A stretch of DNA of 42,529 bases from an uncultured Candidatus Saccharibacteria bacterium (GCA_964392315.1 CAYMOT010000002.1:228365-270893), one strand, 5' to 3'. Positions 1-10,381 are shown, counted from the stretch's first letter. Translations and numbers: made by a program. Notes: generated by a model from the letters alone, not told the origin.

Positions 1-279
1 ACTTCACTACATGCTTTCCGGCATTATCAGGATGTATTCAAAATATTCCGGTTTTCACGCGGGAATATACTACGGTTCGTAGAAAACCTTGATTGGCTAA
101 CCCTAGGGAAACGAATGTTTGATTATGTACGCACCAATGGTGGGTTGTTTCATGTATGGGGACATTCGTGGGAGATAGATATACATAATGACTGGACCCG
201 ACTCGAGGAACTTTTCGCGTATATATCTGGTAACCCAGAAATCGAATATGTAACCAATGGAGAACTTATATCAAAATAA
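1..279 (+). CDS. Polysaccharide deacetylase (NodB/CE4-like), 3' part only, truncated by the window edge
   Basis: Manual frame-1 translation is open to TAA at 277-279. ...LGKRMFDYVRTNGGLFHVWGHSWEID..WTRLEELFAYISG..IEYVTNGEL aligns with the C-terminus of the deacetylase at 7128-7862 (GGVWHFWSHSWQV..WSKLEELFSYIA..VLYLTNSQL). Confidence 0.8.
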   Translation, partial: TSLHAFRHYQDVFKIFRFSRGNILRFVENLDWLTLGKRMFDYVRTNGGLFHVWGHSWEIDIHNDWTRLEELFAYISGNPEIEYVTNGELISK

Positions 280-281
280 AT

Positions 282-1430
282 ATGACTGAAGAATCAAAAA
301 AGCCATTACATATATTAGTGGTAACCACTTATTTTTATCCTCAATCTGGTGGTGTAGCGAACCACACGTACAACCTTAACAAGAAGCTATTAGAACGGTT
401 CCCTATACAAATAACGGTGGTGGCAGCAGGCAAAACAAAAAAAGAACGTTCTTGTGAAATGGTTGATGGTATGAAAGTTTACCGTCTCCCCTATTGGATC
501 AAGGTGTCTAACACTCCAATCAATCCAATATGGTACCTTGACCTCAAACGCCTTATCGCAAAGGAAAGCCCCGATATAGTAAGCGTACACACACCGGTAC
601 CTTTTCTGGCTGACATGGCTGGGTTCGCAAAAGGCACGTTACCAATGCTCCTCAAATACCATCATGCAGGGAGTATGCAAAAGGGTAGTTTGCCAATGGA
701 TCTGGTTCTTCGGTTATATGAAGCAACACTATTCAAATTACTTGCACGCAAAGCACATACAGTTATTAGCGCGTCAGAGTATACCCGCACTCATTTTCTT
801 AAGCAATTTGGGAATACAATTACTATTACAACAGGTGTCGACGTTTCACGATTCGGCCCCAAGCACGATAATACCGGCAATTCGGTATTATTTGTCGCGA
901 GCTTGAATAAAGCCGAGCAGTATAAAGGACTCGAGTACCTGCTCCGCGCGGTCAAAAAACTGATACAGAGTATTCCGGATATACACGTAACGGTTGTCGG
1001 TGATGGTGATAATCGTATGTACTACGAAGACATGTCACATAGCCTTGGTTTAGATTCGCACATCACCTTCCGTGGCAAGCTAGTATCTCATGACCTCGTT
1101 GAAGCATTCCGATCAAGTAGTGTACTTGTTCATCCCTCACTCATGGAGAGCTGTCCAAACGTATTACTTGAGGCGATGGCATGTCAGTTGCCAGTGATCG
1201 GAACGAACTCGACCGGGATTAAGGACTTAATTATTGATGGTAAAAATGGATTTTTGTTTCCTCCTAAAGATGTTTCAGCACTGGCACAGGCAATACAACA
1301 CATCCTCACTGATACGGAACTTTCTTTGCAAATGGGTCAATTTGGATATGACTGGGTGAAAACAAAGTTTTCCTGGGATAAAAAGGCCGATGAAACATAC
1401 AGGCTTATTGAGGAAGCATTAGGTCTATAA
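282..1430 (+). CDS. Glycosyltransferase family 4 (GT-B)
   Basis: N-terminal YFYPQSGGVANH, VLFVASL..KGLEYL, VGDG, and EX7E motif ESCPNVLLEAMA. Confidence 0.92.
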   Translation: MTEESKKPLHILVVTTYFYPQSGGVANHTYNLNKKLLERFPIQITVVAAGKTKKERSCEMVDGMKVYRLPYWIKVSNTPINPIWYLDLKRLIAKESPDIVSVHTPVPFLADMAGFAKGTLPMLLKYHHAGSMQKGSLPMDLVLRLYEATLFKLLARKAHTVISASEYTRTHFLKQFGNTITITTGVDVSRFGPKHDNTGNSVLFVASLNKAEQYKGLEYLLRAVKKLIQSIPDIHVTVVGDGDNRMYYEDMSHSLGLDSHITFRGKLVSHDLVEAFRSSSVLVHPSLMESCPNVLLEAMACQLPVIGTNSTGIKDLIIDGKNGFLFPPKDVSALAQAIQHILTDTELSLQMGQFGYDWVKTKFSWDKKADETYRLIEEALGL

Positions 1431-1434
1431 CACT

Positions 1435-2523
1435 ATGCACATTATTCACATCACTCATGGTTATTCATTTCATACTGGTGGTGTACAGAGAGTTACGAAG
1501 GAACTCACCATGCGATTGGCGCAAAAAGGGTACACCGTTGAGGTATATACGCCTGGTCCTCGGGACCGAGAAGATGCTGCACATGAAAATTTGCATGTTC
1601 ACTATTTACCATCGTTAGAGATTGCCCATACACCGTTTATGCCGACCTTGCTATGGCATTTACTAAGAGCACCAAAAAATAGCATTTTCCATGTACATGT
1701 TGCAAAAGCCTTTTTACCTGAGATTGTGTACTTTATTTCAAATCTGAAGGGTATACGTTATATTGCACATTTTCATTTGGATGTCGATCCGACGGGGATC
1801 ATGGGTTTCATACTCCCACTCTATAAAAGACTCGTTCTTAAACGAGTACTGCAGGATGCTGAAACGGTAGTTGCATTAAGCGATGAACAGGCAGCGTGGC
1901 TAACCAATACCTACGAACTCAATGGAACAACGATGACTATCCCTAATGGAACGAGCAACGATTTCTATGTGGAGAACAAAGAGTTTTCGACAGATATATT
2001 CAATGTGTTATTTGTCGGCAGACTTTCTCCACAAAAAAATGTACGGGTTTTGGTACAAGCAGCCGCATTGCTAAAAAGCCAAGCAATAGTACATATTGTG
2101 GGAGATGGTGAACAAAAAGAGGAATTACACAAGCTTATTCATGAGCAGCACATTCAAAACGTGATATTGCACGGAGCAAAATACGACAATGAGCTTCGCA
2201 CGTTCTACCAGAACGCGGACGTATTTGTACTACCTTCCATAAAAGAAGGATTACCTGAGGTACTCGTTGAAGCGATGGCATCTGCTCTTCCGATTGTTGC
2301 ATCTGATGTAACCGGAAACCGTGAGTTCGTAGCGGATACGGGTATACTTGTTAATCCCCCCACTGCTGAGAACTTCGCGTACGAAATAGATTGCCTCCTT
2401 TCGAATCCAACGCTTCTTAAAAAAATGTCTCGACGTAGTCTAGAAAAAGCCCGTCGGCATAATTGGGACACTATTGTCCATGAGTTTATTAACCTCTATG
2501 AAAAAACACTTACTTCTCACTAA
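1435..2523 (+). CDS. Glycosyltransferase family 4 (GT-B)
   Basis: GGVQRVT, LFVGRLSPQKN, IVGDG, and EX7E motif EGLPEVLVEAMA. Confidence 0.93.
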   Translation: MHIIHITHGYSFHTGGVQRVTKELTMRLAQKGYTVEVYTPGPRDREDAAHENLHVHYLPSLEIAHTPFMPTLLWHLLRAPKNSIFHVHVAKAFLPEIVYFISNLKGIRYIAHFHLDVDPTGIMGFILPLYKRLVLKRVLQDAETVVALSDEQAAWLTNTYELNGTTMTIPNGTSNDFYVENKEFSTDIFNVLFVGRLSPQKNVRVLVQAAALLKSQAIVHIVGDGEQKEELHKLIHEQHIQNVILHGAKYDNELRTFYQNADVFVLPSIKEGLPEVLVEAMASALPIVASDVTGNREFVADTGILVNPPTAENFAYEIDCLLSNPTLLKKMSRRSLEKARRHNWDTIVHEFINLYEKTLTSH

Positions 2524-4798
2524 TAAACAACTATTTGTCTCAATTGGGGTTCTGATCATGTATGTTCAACTAATTATATTGAGTAATAGTTCGGCATATT
2601 ACTCATCGGCATTCCTGTTTGTATTTTTTATTACAATACCCGGTGTTTTGTTGTTATTGTTGACACGCACTACCTTTAAAAGCATTGCTGAGTACATGAT
2701 TAGTGCAATCGGTTTAAGTATCTCATTACTCATGATGACTGGATTACTCTTAAACCAGACGCTTTTATTCGTAGGACTAACACAACCGTTGGGACGTACC
2801 TACCTACTCGTCGCGCTCAATATACTCACTATGCTGATATTTGTACTGGCCTACGTCAGAACAAATCAGCAGATATTTCAGCTCCCCATTCGTTCTATGA
2901 ATATTGTGAGTATTGTATGTGGAGTATTCGTTGCCATATTCCCTATTATTGCAAGTATTGGAGCGATTTCTCTGAATAACAACGGTACGAACATGTATAC
3001 CCTGCTCACGCTTAGTCTAATAGCCATGTATGTTTTCATGGTGATAGCGGCGAATAAACACATTGACACACGCATATATCCAGTAGCGCTCTTTTGTATC
3101 ACCCTCTCTCTGCTTCTCATGACCTCTCTACGAGGATGGTATACAACAGGGCATGATAATCAGCTCGAATCATACATGTTCCAACTTACTCATGAGGATC
3201 TCACCTGGGACATTGCCGAATACCGCGATCCCTATAACGCAAGCTTGAGTATTACTATTCTGCCGAGTATGCTTTCGACGATTACGGGTGTTAGTGGCAT
3301 ATACGTATTCAAGGTGTTATTTCAGGTTATCTTCGCGTGGATCGCTGTTGCGGTATATCTGTTTGCACGAAATTTTGCGGGGGCGGTCACATCATTTTTG
3401 GCAGCGTTTATATTTATCTCCTTCCCCAGTTTTATAAGCAGTATGCCAATGCTAAATAGACAAGAGATTGCTTTATTACTATTTTCATTGATATTACTTA
3501 CGCTTTTTAGTAATTCAGTAACCGGTTTCCGTAAAGCCATACTTCTTATCCTATATGGGGCTGGCATGATGTTCTCTCATTACTCCACAACCTATATTGC
3601 ACTTGGACTTCTGTTGTTATGCACTCTTATTGCTTTTGTTGTTCGTCTTAATCCTTTTCAGTTTTTTTCACGTCTTCGCCTTACGATACATACGCCTAAA
3701 GTCTCTGTACTATTTGTACTCTATCTTTTACTTATTACTTTTACCTGGAATGTGTTACTGACAAAAACAACTGCTGGACTTACGGCAACGGTAACTCAAG
3801 TCTATACAAATCTTGATGAGATATTTAACCCTAACACTCGTTCAAGCGATGCGTTCTATAACCTATTTAATTGGAAGAAACCAGATCAAGCAAAATTATT
3901 AGAACTGTACCAAACCGAAACGTTTCAGGAAATCCGAGAAGGAAAAGACGAAGCTTCATTCTATCCACTAGAGCTCTATAATCAGTATCCGATTATTCAA
4001 ACTGCCGAACAGCCTCTTTCTGCAAGTCGCATTGGAGAGTCACTCACGAGACTTGGGATACACCCCTTCTCCCTCAATTTTACCTTACGTCAGTTACTCG
4101 CACGTGGGATTCAGTTACTGGTTGGCTTGGGTGTTATGATCATTTTCTTAAGGAAACTACGTATGAAAAGAGAGATTGATACAGAATATCTCGTGTTGTC
4201 CTTCTTGGCCATCCTGACGCTTGTTCTTTTTATTGTGCTGCCCTTCTTATCCGTTATGTACGGAACACAACGGCTATTCCAACAGCTACTGGTAATACTA
4301 GCGTTTCCCCTTGTATATAGCGTTGTTTCACTGTTTAGTCTGTTTAGTAAAAAGTATGCCATTTTACCCACTGCACTATTTTTTATTGGCATATTTGCCT
4401 CATTTTCCGGACTGCTCCCGCAGCTTACTGGAGGATATTATGCTCAATTACATTTAAACAACGATGGTGTTGATTATCGATCGTACTATACGCATGAGAT
4501 GGAAGTGGTAGCCTCATCATGGCTCAAAAACCATATTGATAGTTCACATGACATCTATACAAACGCCCCAATGCGCACAAAACTTACAGCACTGACTGGT
4601 CTTTTTGCATACGACACAATGTTGCCTTCTGTTATCAGAAGAGAAGCATACGTGTTCCTCGATACCGACACTGTTTCGACACATCACGCAATTGCCTCAT
4701 ACAATGAAGATGAAATTTTTTACGATTACCCAATAGCCTTTCTGGAAAACAACAAGAATCTTGTTTACAGCAACTCTGGCTCACACATTTATAAATAG
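2498..4798 (+). CDS. Large polytopic membrane protein, DUF2206-like (putative glycan polymerase/transferase)
   Basis: More than 12 hydrophobic segments with motifs PGVLLL, LRGWY..GHD..E, NASLSITILP, RQEIA, SHYST. Located within a GT cluster. The ORF is open from 2474; ATG 2498 was chosen to reduce overlap, and 2480 is an alternative. Confidence 0.7.
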   Translation: MKKHLLLTNKQLFVSIGVLIMYVQLIILSNSSAYYSSAFLFVFFITIPGVLLLLLTRTTFKSIAEYMISAIGLSISLLMMTGLLLNQTLLFVGLTQPLGRTYLLVALNILTMLIFVLAYVRTNQQIFQLPIRSMNIVSIVCGVFVAIFPIIASIGAISLNNNGTNMYTLLTLSLIAMYVFMVIAANKHIDTRIYPVALFCITLSLLLMTSLRGWYTTGHDNQLESYMFQLTHEDLTWDIAEYRDPYNASLSITILPSMLSTITGVSGIYVFKVLFQVIFAWIAVAVYLFARNFAGAVTSFLAAFIFISFPSFISSMPMLNRQEIALLLFSLILLTLFSNSVTGFRKAILLILYGAGMMFSHYSTTYIALGLLLLCTLIAFVVRLNPFQFFSRLRLTIHTPKVSVLFVLYLLLITFTWNVLLTKTTAGLTATVTQVYTNLDEIFNPNTRSSDAFYNLFNWKKPDQAKLLELYQTETFQEIREGKDEASFYPLELYNQYPIIQTAEQPLSASRIGESLTRLGIHPFSLNFTLRQLLARGIQLLVGLGVMIIFLRKLRMKREIDTEYLVLSFLAILTLVLFIVLPFLSVMYGTQRLFQQLLVILAFPLVYSVVSLFSLFSKKYAILPTALFFIGIFASFSGLLPQLTGGYYAQLHLNNDGVDYRSYYTHEMEVVASSWLKNHIDSSHDIYTNAPMRTKLTALTGLFAYDTMLPSVIRREAYVFLDTDTVSTHHAIASYNEDEIFYDYPIAFLENNKNLVYSNSGSHIYK

Positions 4799-4801
4799 CA
4801 T

Positions 4802-5893
4802 ATGGGAAAAAAGAAAATTGGCATGTTCTTGTTATCAAATACTTGGGGTGGAGCTGAAACATCCATGTACAACATCGCCCGTGCAATAGACAAAAACCTC
4901 TTTGATATATATTTCCTGGTAAATGATTTTTTGTATGATAGATACAACCAAATCCCGAACACACAGACCATACGCTTAGGAGCATTTAATAGTACCGATA
5001 AAATCAAAAAAGTTCGTGACCTACTTTGCATACAGCGTGTACTTCGCAACAACATACACCAACACTCCATACAACTTGTTCATGCACGACTTGAAAACGC
5101 ATTATTAGCACTATATTTGAGCGTTCCACGTCTTAGTACACCGATGGTTTATACGTTAAGCGGAGACGAAACCAGCATATATAATAACCCCAAAACTGTT
5201 GAACAAAGATTTATTCGGCGCGGTATAGACTGGCTTTTAGCAAGTACCACAATCCAGGTTACCTCGGTATCACGTTGGCTTGTACGCGATTTTGAAGAAA
5301 CAAAAAAAGCAAAAATAGCTATTACCCATAACGGCATTGACTGTACAGTATTTAGCCCCAATCTCAATATTCAATCGTATGAAAATGTAATTTTGTATGC
5401 AGGTCGGTTGGTGGAAGGAAAGGGGATTCAAGACCTGGTGACATTAGCCAAAGATATGCCTGAATATACGTTCTGGTTTGCAGGAGAAGGACCCCTTGCA
5501 GAAATATTAACACTGCCCAACACCATACACCTTGGTTTCAAAAATAGAGATGAACTATTAGATATATACGCACAGGCAACAATCTGTATATTTCCTTCGT
5601 ATGCCGAAGGCATGCCAATGATAGGATTGGAAACGATGGCATGCGGCAAAGCAATTGTTGCCTCCCAGGCAGGATTTAGTGAATATATAGAGGACGGCGT
5701 TGATGGGTTGATAATCGAACCCGGAAGCCTTGGTCAAATTCGAGGTGCGATGATGTCACTCATGCAAGATCGCGAAAAAAGAACCAACATAGAGGAAGCA
5801 GCCCGAAAAAAAGCCTTACTTTTTGACATTTCGTCTACGGTTAAAAACTATGAACGTGTCTATGATCAACTTTTGACTTCAGTCGTTCGGTGA
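4802..5893 (+). CDS. Glycosyltransferase family 4 (GT-B)
   Basis: WGGAE, HNGID, YAGRLVEGKG, and EX7E motif EGMPMIGLETMA. Confidence 0.92.
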   Translation: MGKKKIGMFLLSNTWGGAETSMYNIARAIDKNLFDIYFLVNDFLYDRYNQIPNTQTIRLGAFNSTDKIKKVRDLLCIQRVLRNNIHQHSIQLVHARLENALLALYLSVPRLSTPMVYTLSGDETSIYNNPKTVEQRFIRRGIDWLLASTTIQVTSVSRWLVRDFEETKKAKIAITHNGIDCTVFSPNLNIQSYENVILYAGRLVEGKGIQDLVTLAKDMPEYTFWFAGEGPLAEILTLPNTIHLGFKNRDELLDIYAQATICIFPSYAEGMPMIGLETMACGKAIVASQAGFSEYIEDGVDGLIIEPGSLGQIRGAMMSLMQDREKRTNIEEAARKKALLFDISSTVKNYERVYDQLLTSVVR

Positions 5894-7131
5894 CCATTGG
5901 TTTTGAATAGTATGACGCCTACATATAACACGCACATGAGTATTTGCCCCCAAAGCCACGCCCAACCTACTCCAATGAGTGATCCGGAAAGCATGCTGTA
6001 ACTCAAAATAAGTAATACGAGTGAACCAACAGCATTCACCCCAATCAATGCAGTTAGATAATGTTTGATTTTAAAAACAATATTAAACATGGTATTAAAT
6101 GCAAGAGGAATTGAAGAAACTGCTAGTATAGTCAACAATCCTGCACCTTGCTCAGAGTATTCAGAACCATAAAAAAGGAGCACATAGTTTCCAAACAAAG
6201 CAACAAAAACAACCGTAGGAATGAGTGTTACGAGAAACGACAGGATCACTTTTTTGGTTTCTTGATGTAATGACTGCTCATTAACAGAACCTTCTGCGTA
6301 CAATGAACTACTAATAGACTGTGGAATTATGAATATGAAAGCCGCCAATGACATGCTCATAAAATAATACGCAGTTTGTTCTGGTCCGCGAATAGTGGTT
6401 ATGAGCAACGGCATGATAAGACGCGGTAATTGTTCTAATATTTCGGTAACAAAACTGGCAAACGAAAACCGCGCCATGTTTTTGATAATTTCTAAATTTA
6501 CTTTTAATCGAAGTCGCAAATGGAATCTTCTACTTAGGATAAATAGGCTAAAAATTACTGATAGTACAAGCGCAATCATCCACGCAGACAACAGTCCGAT
6601 AGCACCCATGCCAAATACCATCATGATGAGTAGTATTCGTGCAATATGGAATATGACATTCTTTATAAGCACAAACTGCGAGGACCGATAGGCTCGAAAA
6701 ACACTAAACATCACCTCACTCAAACTCCATATGATCACAAATGCACAGAACAGCAGAATATACAGACTGCCATGCTCAAAAAGAACTTCAGTCGCAGCGC
6801 TTTTTGAAACCAGTATAAAAATTACTGCTGCACATACAGATACTACAGTGACTATGGTCAAAACCGTACTGACTTTTTCACTTTTTCTGGTAGACGTCGG
6901 CAAGTATCGGACCAAGCTGATATTTAGTCCAAAGATAGACAAAAGCGATAACAACTCAACCGAAGAGGTTACGGTAGTCACCAGACCAATAGCATCAGCG
7001 ACAAACAATCGGGTACTAATCGTCCAAAACAAGAAGCCCAAAATAGCAGATAAAATACTGTTTATGAGCAAATAGGCAGAGTTGCGATAGAGAGAGTCTG
7101 TAATTATGGCTCGATATATTTTCTTAATCAT
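5866..7131 (-). CDS. Oligosaccharide flippase (Wzx/MATE-like)
   Basis: About 12 TM segments; N-terminal LYRNSAYLLINSILSAILGFLFW is typical of polysaccharide exporters; lies in the glycan locus. Confidence 0.85.
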   Translation of the reverse strand: MIKKIYRAIITDSLYRNSAYLLINSILSAILGFLFWTISTRLFVADAIGLVTTVTSSVELLSLLSIFGLNISLVRYLPTSTRKSEKVSTVLTIVTVVSVCAAVIFILVSKSAATEVLFEHGSLYILLFCAFVIIWSLSEVMFSVFRAYRSSQFVLIKNVIFHIARILLIMMVFGMGAIGLLSAWMIALVLSVIFSLFILSRRFHLRLRLKVNLEIIKNMARFSFASFVTEILEQLPRLIMPLLITTIRGPEQTAYYFMSMSLAAFIFIIPQSISSSLYAEGSVNEQSLHQETKKVILSFLVTLIPTVVFVALFGNYVLLFYGSEYSEQGAGLLTILAVSSIPLAFNTMFNIVFKIKHYLTALIGVNAVGSLVLLILSYSMLSGSLIGVGWAWLWGQILMCVLYVGVILFKTNGHRTTEVKS

Positions 7132-7862
7132 GCAGGTGTTTCTGTATGAATATGAGCGAGTAACTGGCTATTGGTAAGGTATAACACCCCATCATGGTTA
7201 GCTATATAAGAAAACAGCTCTTCGAGTTTACTCCACCAACCTTCGTTTGTTACTTGCCATGAATGACTCCAGAAATGCCACACTCCGCCCTCCCGGCGAA
7301 CAACATCAAACGTACGTTTGCTAAATTCAAGCCAGTCTTTTGTAAATACAAGCGGTACAAAACGCACATCATTCGCTAGCGCGATTATTAGACTATAGGG
7401 AAGACGGCAATTCACGGTATGATTTGTCGTACCCATTTCATACGTGTCTTTCGGGTATTTTGATCGAAACGCTTGTATGGTACGTGCACCACTAAACCCC
7501 GCTTTTCTAACAAGTTGTTTAATCTGGGTATTAAACAACCCCTTCGGATAGCAAAATACTGGTATTTCTTTATTGAGTAAATCTTCTAAATATATTTTTG
7601 AACCTTTAATCTCAGCCTCAGCTTCATCGAGTGAAATGTTTGTTAACACAGGGTGTGTGAGTGTATGAGCCCCTATATCAAAATCCTTACTCATGGCACA
7701 AATAGCATCTTCATCTAGCAATTCGTCGCGTTTCCATTCACGATTGTAGGGAGAGATATAGAGTGTTGCTGGCAGTGAGTATTTTTTTAGAAGATCTGCC
7801 AAACGTATGTCATCTATATGACCGTCATCCCAACTAGTTGTAACGATACAGTGCTTTTGCAT
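7128..7862 (-). CDS. Polysaccharide deacetylase (CE4/NodB domain)
   Basis: Motifs TTSWDDG, GAHTLTHP (HxxxH) and FCYPKG. The ORF is open from 7886; the MQKH start at 7862 is preferred. Confidence 0.88.
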   Translation of the reverse strand: MQKHCIVTTSWDDGHIDDIRLADLLKKYSLPATLYISPYNREWKRDELLDEDAICAMSKDFDIGAHTLTHPVLTNISLDEAEAEIKGSKIYLEDLLNKEIPVFCYPKGLFNTQIKQLVRKAGFSGARTIQAFRSKYPKDTYEMGTTNHTVNCRLPYSLIIALANDVRFVPLVFTKDWLEFSKRTFDVVRREGGVWHFWSHSWQVTNEGWWSKLEELFSYIANHDGVLYLTNSQLLAHIHTETPA

Positions 7863-7906
7863 AAATGCACACGTATTGTACCGCATGCATGATATACAAT
7901 TGCACT

Positions 7907-8722
7907 ATGCATGAAATTATCACCAGCGCCAAAAATCCAAAAGTTCAACTTTTCCAAAAACTTCGAGATAAGAAGTGGCGGCAACGAGAGAAAAAATTTG
8001 TTATAGATGATATTCGAGATCTTACGAGAGCGATACAGCTTGGTTGCCAGGTTTCGTACATCCTGTATTCCCCCAGTCTATTGTTTGAGACAGAAACAAA
8101 ATTCCTAACGAATATTAAAACGCCAATGTTTGAAATACCAGTTGATATCATGACAAAGATTTCATATCGCGAGAATCCCTCAGGGGTCATTGCCGTACTT
8201 AACGAATCTCCTGAACCAAAACTAGTTGATTTACCTGCCGAAAATATTCCAACAATCCTTGCACTTGTCGGACTTACCAAGCCGGGTAACATTGGTGCAC
8301 TCTTGAGAACTGCCGATGCAACGGGTATACAAGCAGTTTTTTTGGTAGACACTGACTTGGATTTGTATAACCCGAATATCATTCGTGCCAGTACGGGTGC
8401 ATGTTTTCGCAACAATGTCTATTTTACGACTACCGATGAAGCACAACAGTGGTTTTTGCAACACCAATATCACGTAGTAGCCCTACACCTAGAAGGCAAG
8501 ACTAACGTATACAATGTAGATTTCAGTCAAAAAACTGTACTGGTGCTGGGTACTGAGGATACTGGGCTGAGCAACCAATGGGTAAAAGGCAATACAACTC
8601 TGACCAAAATTCCAATGCAGGGCGAGATAGTAGATTCACTAAACGTATCAGTTACCGGTGCAATCTGTATGTTTGAGGCACTGCGACAACGGAACAATAC
8701 TTCCGAAAGCAGCACGCATTAA
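7907..8722 (+). CDS. TrmH/SpoU family RNA 2'-O-methyltransferase
   Basis: ITSAKNPKV, PGNIGALLRTADA, LVLGTEDTGL, SLNVSV. The start at 7907 follows a TACAAT -10 at 7895-7900. Confidence 0.92.
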   Translation: MHEIITSAKNPKVQLFQKLRDKKWRQREKKFVIDDIRDLTRAIQLGCQVSYILYSPSLLFETETKFLTNIKTPMFEIPVDIMTKISYRENPSGVIAVLNESPEPKLVDLPAENIPTILALVGLTKPGNIGALLRTADATGIQAVFLVDTDLDLYNPNIIRASTGACFRNNVYFTTTDEAQQWFLQHQYHVVALHLEGKTNVYNVDFSQKTVLVLGTEDTGLSNQWVKGNTTLTKIPMQGEIVDSLNVSVTGAICMFEALRQRNNTSESSTH

Positions 8723-8747
8723 GTATAATCAGTACGCCTCATCTTAT

Positions 8748-8821
8748 TGCGGGGTCGTCTAACGGCAGGACTCTGGGTTTTGGTCCCAGCTATCGGGGTT
8801 CGAATCCCTGCCCCGCAGCCA
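8748..8821 (+). tRNA. tRNA-Gln (anticodon TTG)
   Basis: Acceptor stem TGCGGGG/CCCCGCA, anticodon stem CTGGG/CCCAG with TTG at 8780-8782, T-loop GTTCGAAT, encoded CCA end at 8819-8821; TATAAT upstream at 8724-8729. Confidence 0.97.
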
Positions 8822-9004
8822 ATTGGTGTTTCGAACCAACGGCTCATGTCTCTTTCTCCTAAAACAACCCTTCCATTTATCCTTTCGTGGCTTGGTATTC
8901 AACCGTTCGAGAATGTTCAAAAATTAGCTATAAAGGCTGTTTTTCCATTTCTGGTTCTGAAGTTGCAGTTTAGCAGAATATATCCTATCCATTTGCCTAA
9001 TTAC

Positions 9005-9034
9005 TACTAATTGTCTTAGTACATATGCTATAGT
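9005..9034 (+). promoter_or_regulatory. BlaI-type operator TACTAA-N5-TTAGTA (9005-9021) plus extended -10 TGcTATAGT (9026-9034)
   Basis: Perfect 6-bp inverted repeat; -10 ends 8 nt before the blaI ATG; a second copy of the palindrome is at 10385-10401. Confidence 0.7.
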
Positions 9035-9041
9035 AGTTGTA

Positions 9042-9428
9042 ATGAAAGGTAAACACTCTCATGGACAAAAAGCTCTTACCGAAGCAGAAAAAGAAATAAT
9101 GGATGTTATCTGGGGAAAAAATGAAACTACGGTTCGTGGTGTCCTAGAAACTCTCCAAAAGCACAAAGAAGTCGCATATACCACAGTAATGACACTGATG
9201 GATATTTTACACAAAAAAGGACATCTTACACGCAAATTGGTCGGAAAGGCATACGTCTATTCCCCTGCGCAAGATAAAAAAACGTTTCAATCAATGTATG
9301 TTGGGAGGGTAGTTGAGGAGCTATTTGATCAGTATGGAGAGATTGCTGTTAATCAGTTTGCAGCTGAAATTGATTCATTACCCGATAAACTGAAACAACG
9401 TCTAAAAGAAAAATTATCCAATGAGTAA
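9042..9428 (+). CDS. BlaI/MecI/CopY family transcriptional repressor
   Basis: LTEAEKEIMDVIW, VAYTTVMTLMDILHKKGHL, GKAYVYSP. Confidence 0.92.
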   Translation: MKGKHSHGQKALTEAEKEIMDVIWGKNETTVRGVLETLQKHKEVAYTTVMTLMDILHKKGHLTRKLVGKAYVYSPAQDKKTFQSMYVGRVVEELFDQYGEIAVNQFAAEIDSLPDKLKQRLKEKLSNE

Positions 9429-10368
9429 ATCCAGCGTTTATTTTACCAGTATTGTAATGGCAGCACTTGTTACGCTCTTTTCCTTGTGGCATTTTATCCG
9501 TTTGGGATCCCTAAAAGTTGTACAATTTCTCATTCACCCCGCTATAGAATTAGTTAACTACTGTCAGACCGTCCTTGCTCAAATAATCGATAATCCCACT
9601 GTAACTGCATCATTCATCACAATCATATTTATCACCTCTGGTGCTTTACTGGTCGTTGTTTTAATCACTATTTCGATACGAAAATATGGAAAACTTACTG
9701 GGCTCCTTAGACCATCGGTCCCATCTGAAAAACTCACGAAGGTTATGAAAGATTTGGACATCACTACAGAAGTGGTTTGTCTCTCTACACAAAATGTCTA
9801 TTCGTTTTGCGCCGGACTTATACAGCCCAAAATTTATGTGTCCAAAGGGTTGGTAGACACATTTTCTGAAAAAGAGCTCAAGGCAGTATTAGCCCACGAA
9901 AGTCATCACGCTAAATCGTATGATCCACTCAAATCACTCATAATTTCTTGTGTAACAAAAGTGCCACTTCTGTCAAAATTCACCAAACAAATCTCACAAA
10001 GATTTATCCTCCTTCAGGAACTTGATGCTGATGCCTACGCAATTCAACATTCCGATAAAACAACTTTTTTACATGCACTGACAAAGGCATCATTTGTGCA
10101 TGAAATTCCAGCTCCTGCGTTTTCAAACGCCCAGACCTTACGTTTTGAGTATCATTTATCACGCAAACCGAGCTACAAAATGGGCAAATCTCTGTTTATA
10201 TCTACAGCAATGATAACCCTCTTACTCGCAACCAACCTACTTATATTGAATTTCACTAGCGAAAACACGGGAGATTCAGTAATTCATGTGCTTTCTCATA
10301 CAGAAACCGCTTGCCAGAGTGAGACTCCAGCCTCGTTCATTTCTACAACAGCCTCAACACACACTTGA
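9421..10368 (+). CDS. M56 family membrane metallopeptidase (BlaR1 N-terminal-like, no penicillin-binding domain)
   Basis: FCAGLIQPKIYVS, HExxH (LAHESHH), QELDADAYA; translationally coupled to blaI. Confidence 0.88.
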   Translation: MSKSSVYFTSIVMAALVTLFSLWHFIRLGSLKVVQFLIHPAIELVNYCQTVLAQIIDNPTVTASFITIIFITSGALLVVVLITISIRKYGKLTGLLRPSVPSEKLTKVMKDLDITTEVVCLSTQNVYSFCAGLIQPKIYVSKGLVDTFSEKELKAVLAHESHHAKSYDPLKSLIISCVTKVPLLSKFTKQISQRFILLQELDADAYAIQHSDKTTFLHALTKASFVHEIPAPAFSNAQTLRFEYHLSRKPSYKMGKSLFISTAMITLLLATNLLILNFTSENTGDSVIHVLSHTETACQSETPASFISTTASTHT

Positions 10369-10381
10369 TCCACCAAGCACT

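Noticed and set aside
8747-9010. 87-aa ORF starting at 8747
   Set aside because: It is a translation of the tRNA-Gln gene and its downstream spacer, with no protein features
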